Below, piece after piece: positions 1-9,547 of a stretch of DNA of 64,000 bases (position 1 is its first letter; each line of letters opens with the position of its first letter). The position numbers and the translations under genes were made by a program. The notes under the pieces were generated by a model. It was given only the letters and a program-made list of their open reading frames with translations. It did no database searches and was not told the DNA's origin. Where the stretch lies: contig DASYHY010000061.1 in assembly GCA_036252795.1 (NCBI GenBank), positions 22,918-86,917 on the forward strand, read 5' to 3'. The DNA is from Aurantimonas sp. (lineage in GTDB: Bacteria; Pseudomonadota; Alphaproteobacteria; Rhizobiales; Rhizobiaceae).

Positions 1-70
1 CTCGCCCGCACTGGCATTCCTCTTCCGCAGGCCGCTTTGCGGCCCGCCGGCTCCTTTCCGAAAGCATGAC

Positions 71-889
71 ATGGCCCGTTCCGCCCTTCTCAACGTGATG
101 ACGCAGGCCGCCATGAAGGCCGGCCGCGGGCTGATCCGCGATTTCGGCGAAGTCCAGAACCTGCAGGTCTCGATGAAGGGGCCCGCCGACTTCGTCTCGA
201 ACGCCGACCGCCGGGCCGAGGAGGTGATCTTTCAGGAACTGTCGCGCGCCCGCCCGGACTGGGGTTTCCTGATGGAGGAGCGCGGCACCGTCGAGGGCCG
301 GGACCCGCAGCACCGCTGGATCGTCGATCCGCTGGACGGCACGACGAACTTCCTTCACGGCCTGCCGATGTTCGCCGTCTCGATCGCGCTGGAGCGCGAC
401 GGCCAGCTCGTGGCCGGCGTCATCCTCAACCCGGCCATGGACGAGCTCTACACGGCGGAGAAGGGCGGTGGCGCGTTCCTCAACGACCGCCGGCTGCGCG
501 TCGCTGCACGCCAGCGCCTGCCGGAATCCCTGTTTGCCACCGGCATTCCGTTTCTCGGCCAGGGCGATCACGCCGCGTCGCTCTACGAGATGCGTCAGAT
601 CATGGGCGAGAGCTCCGGCATCCGCCGGATGGGAGCGGCGTCTCTCGACCTCGCTTACGTCGCCGCCGGCCGCTTCGACGGCTATTGGGAGCGGGCCCTG
701 CGTCCCTGGGATGTCGCGGCCGGCGCGGTGCTGGTGCGTGAGGCGGGCGGATTCCTCTCGGGCATCGACGGCGAGAAATTCGACCACATGCAGGGCGACG
801 TCGCCTGTGGCAATGAATTCATGCACAAGGCGCTCGTCGAACAGCTTCGGCTGGCGACGTCGAAGCGTCGGGCGGCCAGTGCATCCTGA
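71..889 (+). CDS. suhB: Inositol monophosphatase family protein
   Basis: Motifs EE...WIVDPLDGTTNF, RRMGAASLDLAYVAAG and PWDVAAG. Confidence 0.93.
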   Translation: MARSALLNVMTQAAMKAGRGLIRDFGEVQNLQVSMKGPADFVSNADRRAEEVIFQELSRARPDWGFLMEERGTVEGRDPQHRWIVDPLDGTTNFLHGLPMFAVSIALERDGQLVAGVILNPAMDELYTAEKGGGAFLNDRRLRVAARQRLPESLFATGIPFLGQGDHAASLYEMRQIMGESSGIRRMGAASLDLAYVAAGRFDGYWERALRPWDVAAGAVLVREAGGFLSGIDGEKFDHMQGDVACGNEFMHKALVEQLRLATSKRRAASAS

Positions 890-918
890 GGCTTCGGTCT
901 TGTCGGAAACCGCGTAAC

Positions 919-933
919 TTAACGAGAATTTAA
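919..933. promoter_or_regulatory. CtrA box (TTAA-N7-TTAA) upstream of the motA-like gene
   Basis: TTAA-CGAGAAT-TTAA in the intergenic gap after suhB. Confidence 0.7.
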
Positions 934-1107
934 GCCATAGGCTGCTGCGTTGCAGCGATCGACGTTTAAATGCGCCGCATTGTTGCCTATTGTCGAACGG
1001 GTATTCGAGTACAAGCGGCGTGGGAGACGACATGCCCGGAATGCGCTTTCGTGCGGATCGCCGCCGTCTGTGGCACCGGGACCCCCCGCGGGAGTTGATG
1101 GAACGCG

Positions 1108-2142
1108 ATGCAGGTCTTCAGTTCGCCGACAGCCAAGACGGGCAGACCGGACGATTACGACCCGACCCGGCTCTCCAGCCCGCTCGTGTTCCTGTGGTCG
1201 ATGCTGGTGTTTCTCGCGCTCGTGGGCTTCGTCGCCGCCATTCTCGGTCGTCAGGTAGCGTCCGCCTTCGCGACCAACCCGGGTCTTAACGGCCTCATCA
1301 TCGGCGTCCTCTGCGTCGGCATCTTTCTGGCGCTGCTGCAGGTGCTGCGGTTGCAGCGGGAGGTCCGGTGGGTCAACGCCTATCGCGACGGCGCCGACGA
1401 TTTCGACCAGATGAAGGATCCGGTGCTGCTTGCGCCGATGCGTGCGCTGATCGGCCGGCGCCGGTCGCTGTCCCTGTCCACCCAGTCGATGCGCTCGATC
1501 CTCGACTCGATCGCGACGCGCCTCGATGAGACCCGCGACATCGCCCGCTACCTCATCGGCCTGCTGGTATTCCTCGGTCTGCTCGGCACGTTCTGGGGCC
1601 TGTTGCGGACGATCGGCTCGATCGGCGCCACGATTCAGGGCCTCGATCCGTCGATGGGCGACACCAACGCCATCCTCGACTCGCTCAAGGCGGGTCTCGC
1701 GGCACCGCTTTCCGGCATGGGCACGGCCTTCTCGTCCTCGCTCTTCGGCCTGTCCGGCTCCCTCGTCCTTGGTTTCCTCGACCTGCAGATCGGCCGGGCG
1801 CAGAACCGGTTCTACACCGAGCTCGAGAACTGGCTGTCCTCGGTCACCGATGTCGGCTCCGACATGGTGCTGGCGCCAGGCGTCGCCGGCGAAGGCAGCA
1901 GCGACCTGCGCGTCCTCTCGGAGCGCCTCGGGAAGCTGGTGCAGGACCAGGGGACCAGCCCGAGGACCAGCGCCGCCATGGCCAATCTGGCGGAGAGCAT
2001 CCAGGGACTGGTGCAGCACATGCGCGGCGAGCAGCAGATCCTGCGCGACTTCGTGGAGGCGCAGGCGGGCGAGCAGCGCGAATTGCGCAAGGTGCTGGAG
2101 CGTCTCTCCGGCCAGATCGGCAACGGCGACAAGGGTCGCTGA
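1108..2142 (+). CDS. MotA/TolQ/ExbB proton-channel family protein
   Basis: Several TM helices; GLLGTFWG and GMGTAFSSSLFG match the channel helices; helical C-terminal tail. Confidence 0.85.
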   Translation: MQVFSSPTAKTGRPDDYDPTRLSSPLVFLWSMLVFLALVGFVAAILGRQVASAFATNPGLNGLIIGVLCVGIFLALLQVLRLQREVRWVNAYRDGADDFDQMKDPVLLAPMRALIGRRRSLSLSTQSMRSILDSIATRLDETRDIARYLIGLLVFLGLLGTFWGLLRTIGSIGATIQGLDPSMGDTNAILDSLKAGLAAPLSGMGTAFSSSLFGLSGSLVLGFLDLQIGRAQNRFYTELENWLSSVTDVGSDMVLAPGVAGEGSSDLRVLSERLGKLVQDQGTSPRTSAAMANLAESIQGLVQHMRGEQQILRDFVEAQAGEQRELRKVLERLSGQIGNGDKGR

Positions 2143-2145
2143 TCC

Positions 2146-3174
2146 ATGGCGCTCTCGAGGAACCGTCGGAGCGAACGCAATATCGACTACTGGCCCGGCT
2201 TCGTCGACGCCCTGTCGACGCTGCTTCTGGCGATCATGTTCCTGCTGTCGGTGTTCGTGCTGGCACAGTTCATCCTGTCCCGCGAGATTTCCGGCCAGGA
2301 CGAGGTGCTGGACCGGCTGAACAGCCAGATCAACGAACTGACCCAGCTTCTGGCACTCGAGCGTTCCGCCAGCCAGGACGCCGATGACCAGATCGCCTCG
2401 CTGCGGGCTTCGCTCGCCTCTGTCGATGCCGAGCGCAGCCGCCTCCAGCAGGCGCTCGATTCCGGCTCCGGCTCGGCTGCCCTGGCCGGCGAGCAGGTGG
2501 GCCGGCTGGAATCCGCGCTGGACGAGGAGAGGGCGCTGTCGCAGCGGGCGCGAAGCCAGGTGGAGCTTCTGAACCAGCAGCTTTCGGCGCTCCGCCAGCA
2601 GATCGCCGCGCTGGAAAGCGCGCTCGAGGTCTCCGAAGAGCGCGATGCCGAAAGCCGCACCCGCATCGCCGATCTCGGGCGCCGGCTCAACGTGGCCCTC
2701 GCCCAGCGCGTCCAGGAGCTTGCCCGCTACCGCTCCGACTTCTTCGGCCGTCTGCGCGAGATCCTGTCCGATCGCGAGAACATCCGCATCGTTGGCGACC
2801 GCTTCGTCTTCCAGTCGGAAGTCCTGTTCCCCTCGGGAGCGGCCGTGCTGCAGCCGGAGGGCCAGGACGAGATGGCGACGCTCGCCGCCGCGATACGTGA
2901 TCTCGCGCGGGAGATCCCATCGGACATCAACTGGATCATCCGCGTCGACGGCCATACCGACAACGTGCCGATCAGTGGCGGCCGCTTCGAGGACAACTGG
3001 GAGCTGTCCACCGAGCGCGCGACCGCCGTGGTCAAGTACCTGATCTCGCAGGGCGTGCCGCCGGACCGCCTCGCCGCCACTGGCTTCGGCGAATACCAGC
3101 CGCTCGAGCCGGGCGACACTCCCGAGGCCCGCGCCCGCAACCGGCGGATCGAGTTCAAGCTCACCGAGCGCTGA
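2146..3174 (+). CDS. MotB/OmpA-like peptidoglycan-binding protein with long coiled coil
   Basis: WPGFVDALSTLLL TM segment with the conserved Asp, heptad-rich middle, OmpA domain GHTD...NWELSTERA...NRRIE. Confidence 0.88.
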   Translation: MALSRNRRSERNIDYWPGFVDALSTLLLAIMFLLSVFVLAQFILSREISGQDEVLDRLNSQINELTQLLALERSASQDADDQIASLRASLASVDAERSRLQQALDSGSGSAALAGEQVGRLESALDEERALSQRARSQVELLNQQLSALRQQIAALESALEVSEERDAESRTRIADLGRRLNVALAQRVQELARYRSDFFGRLREILSDRENIRIVGDRFVFQSEVLFPSGAAVLQPEGQDEMATLAAAIRDLAREIPSDINWIIRVDGHTDNVPISGGRFEDNWELSTERATAVVKYLISQGVPPDRLAATGFGEYQPLEPGDTPEARARNRRIEFKLTER

Positions 3175-3318
3175 CTGGCCGTTCGTCGGCGCTCCGGTCG
3201 CGCCGCGGGCGCCGGCGCGGCAGGACGATTGACGCCCCCGGCAGGGCCGTGCCAGCATTCCTCCCGTAAGGGCACCACCTTATCAAAGACCGTGTGACAA
3301 GCACGGCAGGGAGGAAAC

Positions 3319-4575
3319 ATGTACAGATTGCTGATGAGCACGGTGGCCGTCGCCGGCCTCGTGGCCGCGACGGGTGCGCTCGCCCAGAGCGACGACAACA
3401 TGACAAAGCTGCGGGGGATGCAGTCGACCGGAACGTCGATGGACTTCCGCACAATCGACCAGAGCGGCGACTACGCCGACCAGCTGCGGGCCAATCTCGA
3501 GAACATCGAGCTTCCCAACGGCTTCGAGATCGAGCTCTACGCCGTGGTTCCGGACGCCCGGCACATCGCGATCGGGCCGCAGGGCGTGGTGACCTTCGTC
3601 GGCACCCGCAAGCAGGATGTGTGGGCTGTCACCGACCGGGACAAGAATCGCGTCGCCGACGAGGTCAAGCAGTTCGCCCCATCCATCGAGATGACGATCC
3701 CGAACGGCGTCTGCTTCTCCAAGGACGGCTTCCTGTATCTTGCGGAGCAGAACCGCGTGCTGGTCCTGCCGGCGGCCGAGTTCTTCTACGAGAGCCCGGA
3801 TGTCGCCGTGGACGAGGTCGTGCCGAAGGGCGAGCTGGTCCCCGCCAGCGAGGAGTCGTTCAACCACACGGCCCGCGTCTGCCGCATCGGCCCCGACGAC
3901 AAGCTCTACATCTCGCTGGGCCAGCCGTACAACGTGCCGCCGCCCGAGAAGGCCGGCCTCTATGACCGGACCGGCATCGGCGGCATCATCCGCATGAATC
4001 GCGACGGTTCCGGTCGCGAGGTGTTTGCCCGCGGTGTCCGCAATTCGGTCGGCATGCAGTTCAACCCGGAGAACGGCGATCTCTGGTTCACCGACAATCA
4101 GGTCGACGGAATGGGTGACGACATCCCCCCGGGCGAGCTGAACCGCGCCACGCAGGCCGGGCAGAACTTCGGTTTCCCCTGGTATGGCGGCGGCACCGTT
4201 CGCACCAACGAGTACAAGGACAGCGAGATTCCGGCCGACGCGGTGCCGCCGGAGGTCGAGATGGACGCCCACGCTGCCGATCTCGGCATGGACTTCTACA
4301 CCGGCACCAGCTTCCCGCAGAAGTACCGGGGCGGGATCTTCTCGGCCCAGCATGGCTCGTGGAACCGGACCGACCCGGTCGGGGCGCGGGTGATGTTCAC
4401 GGCCCTGAACGAGGACGGGACTGCCGGCGAGACCGAAGTCTTCGCCGAGGGGTGGCTGGCCGACAGCGGCGAATATATCGGCCGACCGGTCGACGTCGCG
4501 GTGATGAAGGACGGCTCGCTCCTGGTCTCCGACGACCTTGCCGGCGCGCTCTACCGGATCTCGTACGAGAACTGA
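3319..4575 (+). CDS. PQQ-dependent sugar/sorbosone dehydrogenase family (periplasmic beta-propeller)
   Basis: Signal peptide; GVRNSVG, GQNFGFPW, HGSWNR and GRPVDV motifs; GGAGG RBS. Confidence 0.85.
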   Translation: MYRLLMSTVAVAGLVAATGALAQSDDNMTKLRGMQSTGTSMDFRTIDQSGDYADQLRANLENIELPNGFEIELYAVVPDARHIAIGPQGVVTFVGTRKQDVWAVTDRDKNRVADEVKQFAPSIEMTIPNGVCFSKDGFLYLAEQNRVLVLPAAEFFYESPDVAVDEVVPKGELVPASEESFNHTARVCRIGPDDKLYISLGQPYNVPPPEKAGLYDRTGIGGIIRMNRDGSGREVFARGVRNSVGMQFNPENGDLWFTDNQVDGMGDDIPPGELNRATQAGQNFGFPWYGGGTVRTNEYKDSEIPADAVPPEVEMDAHAADLGMDFYTGTSFPQKYRGGIFSAQHGSWNRTDPVGARVMFTALNEDGTAGETEVFAEGWLADSGEYIGRPVDVAVMKDGSLLVSDDLAGALYRISYEN

Positions 4576-4689
4576 GGCTGGAGTCACCGAGGCTCCTGCG
4601 CCCGAAAGGCGCGGGAGCTGGCGGCCTGCCGCCTCCGTTGCGAGGCGGCAGGTCCCCGCTGCCCCAAATTCCTGAGAGAAAGATCCGAG

Positions 4690-5022
4690 ATGAGCCCAAT
4701 CTTGCGGCTGACCGCGGCGTTGTGCGTGTTGCCCTTGGTCGCCGGCCCGGTCCTTGCCGCCGATCTCGCGGCAGGGCGGGAGAAGGCGCAGTTGTGCACT
4801 ACCTGCCATGGGCGCGACGGCATCGCCACCGCGCCCGACGCGCCCAATCTCGCGGGTGACAGCAGCATCTATCTCAAAGAGCAGCTGAAGGCATTCCGCG
4901 ACGGCCGCCGCCAGCATCACCAGATGTCGATCATCGCGCAGGGCCTGAGCGACGAGGATATCGCCGATCTCTCCGCGTGGTACGAGGCGATCGAGGTCAC
5001 TGCGACCCTGCCGTCGCTCTGA
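4690..5022 (+). CDS. Class I c-type cytochrome (c4/c553-like)
   Basis: Signal peptide, CTTCH haem motif, PNLAG, distal Met in QMSIIA. Confidence 0.9.
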   Translation: MSPILRLTAALCVLPLVAGPVLAADLAAGREKAQLCTTCHGRDGIATAPDAPNLAGDSSIYLKEQLKAFRDGRRQHHQMSIIAQGLSDEDIADLSAWYEAIEVTATLPSL

Positions 5023-5081
5023 AGGCGAGCGACGGCCAGGAGCCGGTCGGCCGCGCCGGTCGCGGCCGAGCCGACACGGCT

Positions 5082-5495
5082 TTACTGTGCCGTGATGGTC
5101 TGCATGACGAGCTGCTCGTCGACGCGGATGGGGCCGTCTTCCGTGGCACCCAGCGTGTACTCGAAGATGCCGGTCTGCGAACCGCCGGCCTCCGAATGCA
5201 CCATGAGCATCAGCATGTCGCCGCTGGCGACGTCCTCCTGGAGAATGACGGCCACGTCGTCGGTCGTGCCGGCGCGGATCGGCGCGTAGCCCACGACCGG
5301 CCCGGGGGCCATCTCCGCATCCGTGCGATGGACGACCAGCCAGCCGTTCTCCTGCGCCATGACGGCGTCGGCGCTGACGATGCCGTTCGAGAGGTCCTGA
5401 TCGGAAGCCGTGACGCCGGGGGCCATGTCGGACTGGGCGAGTGCCGTCGTCGTCAGTGCGGCGGTGGCGCAGATCGTGAGCATCATGCGGTTCAT
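5082..5495 (-). CDS. Small secreted acidic beta-rich protein (DUF7282-like)
   Basis: AAGGAC RBS before ATG 5495, signal peptide ending ALA-Q, NGWLVVH motif. Confidence 0.6.
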   Translation of the reverse strand: MNRMMLTICATAALTTTALAQSDMAPGVTASDQDLSNGIVSADAVMAQENGWLVVHRTDAEMAPGPVVGYAPIRAGTTDDVAVILQEDVASGDMLMLMVHSEAGGSQTGIFEYTLGATEDGPIRVDEQLVMQTITAQ

Positions 5496-5650
5496 GTGGT
5501 CGTCCTTTGATTCCGGACCCTGTGCGGCCCGGGAAGAGACGATCGCCCCGCGGAAAGGATGCATGGCTGGCTAATCAGTGATCGCGCATCCGGCGCAACT
5601 GACTTTTCCGTCATTGCCGACGGCCGGACTTGCGCCGGGCAGGCGATCGC

Positions 5651-7459
5651 CTACTCCGCCGCCTCGCGCCCTGCTTCCCAACCGTTGAACTGCAGGCGGG
5701 CGAGGCGCGCATAGAGGCCGTTCCGGGCGACCAGCGCCTGGTGCGTGCCTTCCTCGGCGACGCGGCCCTCGTCGAGAACGAGGATCCGGTCAGCCTTGAG
5801 CACGGTGGCGAGGCGGTGCGCGATGACCAGCGTGGTGCGCCCTTCCATCAGCTTCTCCAGCGCGATCTGCACCAGCTTCTCGCTCTCGGCGTCGAGTGCG
5901 GAGGTCGCCTCGTCCAGCAGGAGGATCGGCGCGTCGCGCAGGATGGCACGCGCGATCGCGATGCGCTGGCGCTGGCCGCCCGACAGCGTGATGCCGCGCT
6001 CGCCGATGACCGTGGCATAGCCCTCGTCCAGCGCCTCAATGAAGCCGTCTGCCAGCGCGGAGCGGGCGGCGGCACGGATCCGCGCATCGTCCGCCTCGAT
6101 CTCCCCGAAGCCGATATTCTCCGCCGCGTTCGCCGCGAAGATGGAGACGTCCTGCGGCACCAGCGCGATGCGGCTGCGCAGCGCGTGGAGATCCGCCTGC
6201 CTGATGTCGATCCCGTCGACGAGGATGCGCCCGGCGTCCGGGTCATAGAAGCGCTCGATGAGGGAGAAGAGGGTCGACTTGCCGGCACCGGAGGGCCCGA
6301 CGATCGCCACGGTCTCCCCCGGACGGACCGAGAAGGAGAGCCCGTTCACCGTCGGCATGTCGGGCCGGCTCGGATAGGCGAAGCTCACGTCCTCGAACAC
6401 CACGGCACCCTGCGCGGGAACCGGCATCGGCAGCGGATCGGCCGCCTGCTGCACGCCCGGCTCCTCGGTCAGCAACTCGCTGAGCCGCTCGGCGGCGCCG
6501 GCCGCCTGTGCGAGCTCGCCCCAGACCTCTGACAGCTGCCCCAGCGCGCCCGCCGCGAATACGGCGTAGAGCAGGAACTGGCCGAGCGTGCCCGGCGTCA
6601 TCGTCCCCTCCGTCACCTGCTGGGCGCCGATCCAGAGCACGGCGATGATCGAGCCGAAGATCAGGAAGATGGCGAAGGCCGTCAGGAAGGCGCGCGCGGT
6701 GATCGAGGCGCGCGCCGCGCCGAAGGCGAGGTCGACTGCCCGGGAGAAGCGGCCGGATGCCGCTGCCTCCCCCGTGAAGGCCTGGACCGTGCGCATCGCG
6801 CCGATCGCCTCGCTGGCATAGGCGGTGGCGTTCGCCAGCGTATCCTGTGCGAGGCGCGAGCGGCGCCGGACGGAGCGTCCGAACGCGACGAGCGGCAGGA
6901 CGATGACCGGGATCGCGGCGATGACGATCAGCGACAGGCCGGCGCTGGTGACCACCATCATCGTCACCGCGCCGAAGAACAGGATGGCATTGCGCAGCGC
7001 CAGCGAGGCGGTGGCGCCGACGGCCGACTTCACCTGCGTGGTGTCGGCGCTCAGCCGCGAGATGATCTCGCCCGACATGGAACGGTCGAAGAAATCCGGC
7101 GACAGGCGGGTGATGTGCGCGAAGACGTCCTTGCGAAGGTCCGCGACCACCCGTTCGCCCAGGGTGATGACGAAGAAATACCGTCCCGCGCTGGCCCCGG
7201 CCAGGACGAGGGCGAGCAGGATCAGCGTTGCGAAATAGAGATCGATGAAGCCGGTATCGGACCGGGTGAAACCCTGGTCGACCATGCGCCGGACTGCCAG
7301 CGGGAGGGACAGGGTGGTGATGGCGGCGAGCGACAGGCAGATGACGGCTCCCGTCATCAATCCCTTGTAGCGGAGCATGTAGGGTGCGAGACGCCCCAGC
7401 GGTCGCAGATTTCGCCGTCTGGCCGTTCCATTCTGCTTCGCTGTGCTGATGTCGTCCAC
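5651..7459 (-). CDS. ABC exporter, fused permease and ATPase (MsbA-like)
   Basis: Six TM helices, Walker [29 protein letters not shown]; probable GTG start at 7459 behind GGAG. Confidence 0.92.
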   Translation of the reverse strand: MDDISTAKQNGTARRRNLRPLGRLAPYMLRYKGLMTGAVICLSLAAITTLSLPLAVRRMVDQGFTRSDTGFIDLYFATLILLALVLAGASAGRYFFVITLGERVVADLRKDVFAHITRLSPDFFDRSMSGEIISRLSADTTQVKSAVGATASLALRNAILFFGAVTMMVVTSAGLSLIVIAAIPVIVLPLVAFGRSVRRRSRLAQDTLANATAYASEAIGAMRTVQAFTGEAAASGRFSRAVDLAFGAARASITARAFLTAFAIFLIFGSIIAVLWIGAQQVTEGTMTPGTLGQFLLYAVFAAGALGQLSEVWGELAQAAGAAERLSELLTEEPGVQQAADPLPMPVPAQGAVVFEDVSFAYPSRPDMPTVNGLSFSVRPGETVAIVGPSGAGKSTLFSLIERFYDPDAGRILVDGIDIRQADLHALRSRIALVPQDVSIFAANAAENIGFGEIEADDARIRAAARSALADGFIEALDEGYATVIGERGITLSGGQRQRIAIARAILRDAPILLLDEATSALDAESEKLVQIALEKLMEGRTTLVIAHRLATVLKADRILVLDEGRVAEEGTHQALVARNGLYARLARLQFNGWEAGREAAE

Positions 7460-7643
7460 ACTCGTCTCCGGAATGTTGCGCGTCGGCGCGGCCCTTGTGC
7501 CACGACCGGCCCTGATGTATAGGCTCGGCCCAGATTTTGGAAGCGAAGCGCTCCGCGATCCCCGCGACATCGAGACAGTCGGGCGGCCTGGCCGAAGCGG
7601 CTGGAGCGTGCCGGGGGAGCCGGCAGGACCAAGGACCGAAGCG

Positions 7644-7865
7644 ATGAAGAAAGACATCCACCCGAACTACCACAACATCACCATCGTGATGACCAACGGC
7701 ACCGAGTACCAGACCCGGTCGACGTGGGGTTCTGAGGGCGACAAGATGAATCTCGACATCGACCCGACCAGCCACCCCGCCTGGACCGGCGGCAACCAGC
7801 ACCTTCTCGACCGCGGCGGCCGCGTGTCGCGCTTCAAGAAGCGGTACGAAGGCCTCGGCATCTGA
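7644..7865 (+). CDS. rpmE: 50S ribosomal protein L31
   Basis: [10 protein letters not shown]...[14 protein letters not shown]...[10 protein letters not shown]. Confidence 0.97.
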   Translation: MKKDIHPNYHNITIVMTNGTEYQTRSTWGSEGDKMNLDIDPTSHPAWTGGNQHLLDRGGRVSRFKKRYEGLGI

Positions 7866-7885
7866 GGTTTGCGATCATATCGTGC

Positions 7886-7915
7886 AAAAAGTCCGGCCTT
7901 TGCGCCGGGCTTTTT
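7886..7915 (+). terminator. Intrinsic terminator after rpmE, probably bidirectional
   Basis: AAAAAGTCCGGC-loop-GCCGGGCTTTTT. Confidence 0.8.
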
Positions 7916-8069
7916 CGTTAGGGCCCGCCGATCTGCCGAGGGTCATCGACATTTTCTGCTGTCGGACATCGTCGCGTCCGCGATGGTACGGCGACGCCTC
8001 TGCATGCGCCCCCAGCGTAGGCTCAGCACCCCGCTCCTTTGCGGTGGGGCGGCCTCGCCTCGGCGGGTC

Positions 8070-8237
8070 TCAGCGATCCAGTGGCGGGCGGTGGAAGAAC
8101 AGGTCGTAACCGCAGAGGAGAACGGTGGCGAGCACCACCATGCCGAGATCGAGCGTCGTCACTTTGGTGACGAGCACCAGCAGGAAGACGCAGAAGACCG
8201 CGAACGCCAAGACCGACAGTAGCCGTTCCAAAATCAT
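8070..8237 (-). CDS. 55-aa two-TM membrane protein, last gene of the TRAP operon
   Basis: ATG overlaps the amidase stop (ATGA); MILERLLSVLAFAVFCVFLLVLVTKVTTLDLGMVVLATVLLCGYDLFFHRPPLDR. Confidence 0.75.
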   Translation of the reverse strand: MILERLLSVLAFAVFCVFLLVLVTKVTTLDLGMVVLATVLLCGYDLFFHRPPLDR

Positions 8238-9547
8238 CCCTGCATCTCCCTTTCGAACAGTGTTTCGAGCCATTGAGCCGTGCGCAGCAGCCGGCCGTCC
8301 TCGCCGCGGCGACCGACCAGCTGGACGCCCATCGGCTGACCGTCCGGCGTCGCCAGCAGCGGTAGCGTGACGCTCGGCACGCCGAGGAACGTCCACAGAG
8401 TATTGAACGCGGTCGCATCCTCGTCGGCGCCGGCCGGGCCCGTCGCGGCAGGCGTGAGGATAGCGTCGCACCGTTCGAAGATCGCGTCGAGCCCCGCGTG
8501 CAGCACCGTCCGCCAGTCGAGCGCCGCCAGATACTCCCGGGCGAGGATGGTGTCGCCGCTGTCGAGATCGCGGGAGAGGGACGTGGGCAGGGCGTCGGCG
8601 TGCCGCTGCCGCAGGCCGGTCAGGTTCTTCGCCATCTCCGCCAGCGCCACCCGTTCCGCGAGGACACGGCTGTCGGCGAAGATCGCCGGCAGGGGCGCAT
8701 CGAACGAGCGATCGCCGAGTATCTCCGTCACCTCGCCGAAGGCCTCGTGCATCTGCGGATCGGCGCGGTCCCACCAGGGGGTCCGCACGAAGGCGAGGGT
8801 CGGCACCACCGGCGGTTCGGTGCCGGCGTGTTCCAGCAGGCGCGGATGCGGCGACAGCGAGGTCGCGGCGTCGGCGGCGTCGAAGCCGAACAGCGCCTCG
8901 GCGAGGAGCGCCGCACCCGCCACGTTCCGGGCGAACACGCCGGGCGCATCCAGCGTCGGAATGAGGTCGAGCGTGCCGCGCCGCGAGATCGATCCGAAGC
9001 TTGGCCGGTAGCCGGTGACGCCCGCCCGGGCCGCCGCGCCGATGAGCGAGGAGCGGCCGTCTATGGCGACGGCCAGCGGAGCGACGGCCGAGGCCACGGC
9101 GGTCGCCGCGCCCCCGGCGGACGCTGGCGACTGCTCGTCATCGCCACGGTCCGCTGCCAGTTCCCCGCCGCGCGTCTTGCCCGCGACCATGGCCCCGGCA
9201 CTTCGCAGCCGTTCGACGATCGCGGATTCATTTTCCGGCACACGACCCTTGAAGGGCGCAAGGCCCCGCTCCGTCGGGATCCAGGCGGTGTCGATCGCGT
9301 CGTCCACCGCGACCGGCAGACCATGCAGCGCGCCGATCGCCCGACCGCGTCCGCGATAGGCGTCGAGCGAGGCCGCCTGCCGCCGCGCGAAGATCGCATC
9401 GAACCAGACGAAGCCGGTTGCGGCGGCGCCTTGCGTCTCGACACGGGCGATCATCGCCTCTGCAAGGCCGCTCGCTCGCATGGCACCGCTCGCCAGCCGC
9501 TCCCGCATGACCGGGACCGGAAGATCGAGGACCCTTCGATCAGCCAT
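8234..9547 (-). CDS. Amidase-signature family protein with a degenerate active site
   Basis: LHGLPV, GKT, GYRPSFG, GVPSVTLP and PMGVQLVG scaffold intact; VKD reads VDD and GGSSSG reads PASAGG. Confidence 0.85.
   Translation of the reverse strand: MADRRVLDLPVPVMRERLASGAMRASGLAEAMIARVETQGAAATGFVWFDAIFARRQAASLDAYRGRGRAIGALHGLPVAVDDAIDTAWIPTERGLAPFKGRVPENESAIVERLRSAGAMVAGKTRGGELAADRGDDEQSPASAGGAATAVASAVAPLAVAIDGRSSLIGAAARAGVTGYRPSFGSISRRGTLDLIPTLDAPGVFARNVAGAALLAEALFGFDAADAATSLSPHPRLLEHAGTEPPVVPTLAFVRTPWWDRADPQMHEAFGEVTEILGDRSFDAPLPAIFADSRVLAERVALAEMAKNLTGLRQRHADALPTSLSRDLDSGDTILAREYLAALDWRTVLHAGLDAIFERCDAILTPAATGPAGADEDATAFNTLWTFLGVPSVTLPLLATPDGQPMGVQLVGRRGEDGRLLRTAQWLETLFEREMQG

Noticed and set aside
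919-3258. 779-aa minus-strand ORF
   Set aside because: Antisense shadow of the motA/motB-like genes; no motifs, typical of high-GC DNA
3283-4920. 545-aa minus-strand ORF
   Set aside because: Antisense shadow of the dehydrogenase and cytochrome genes
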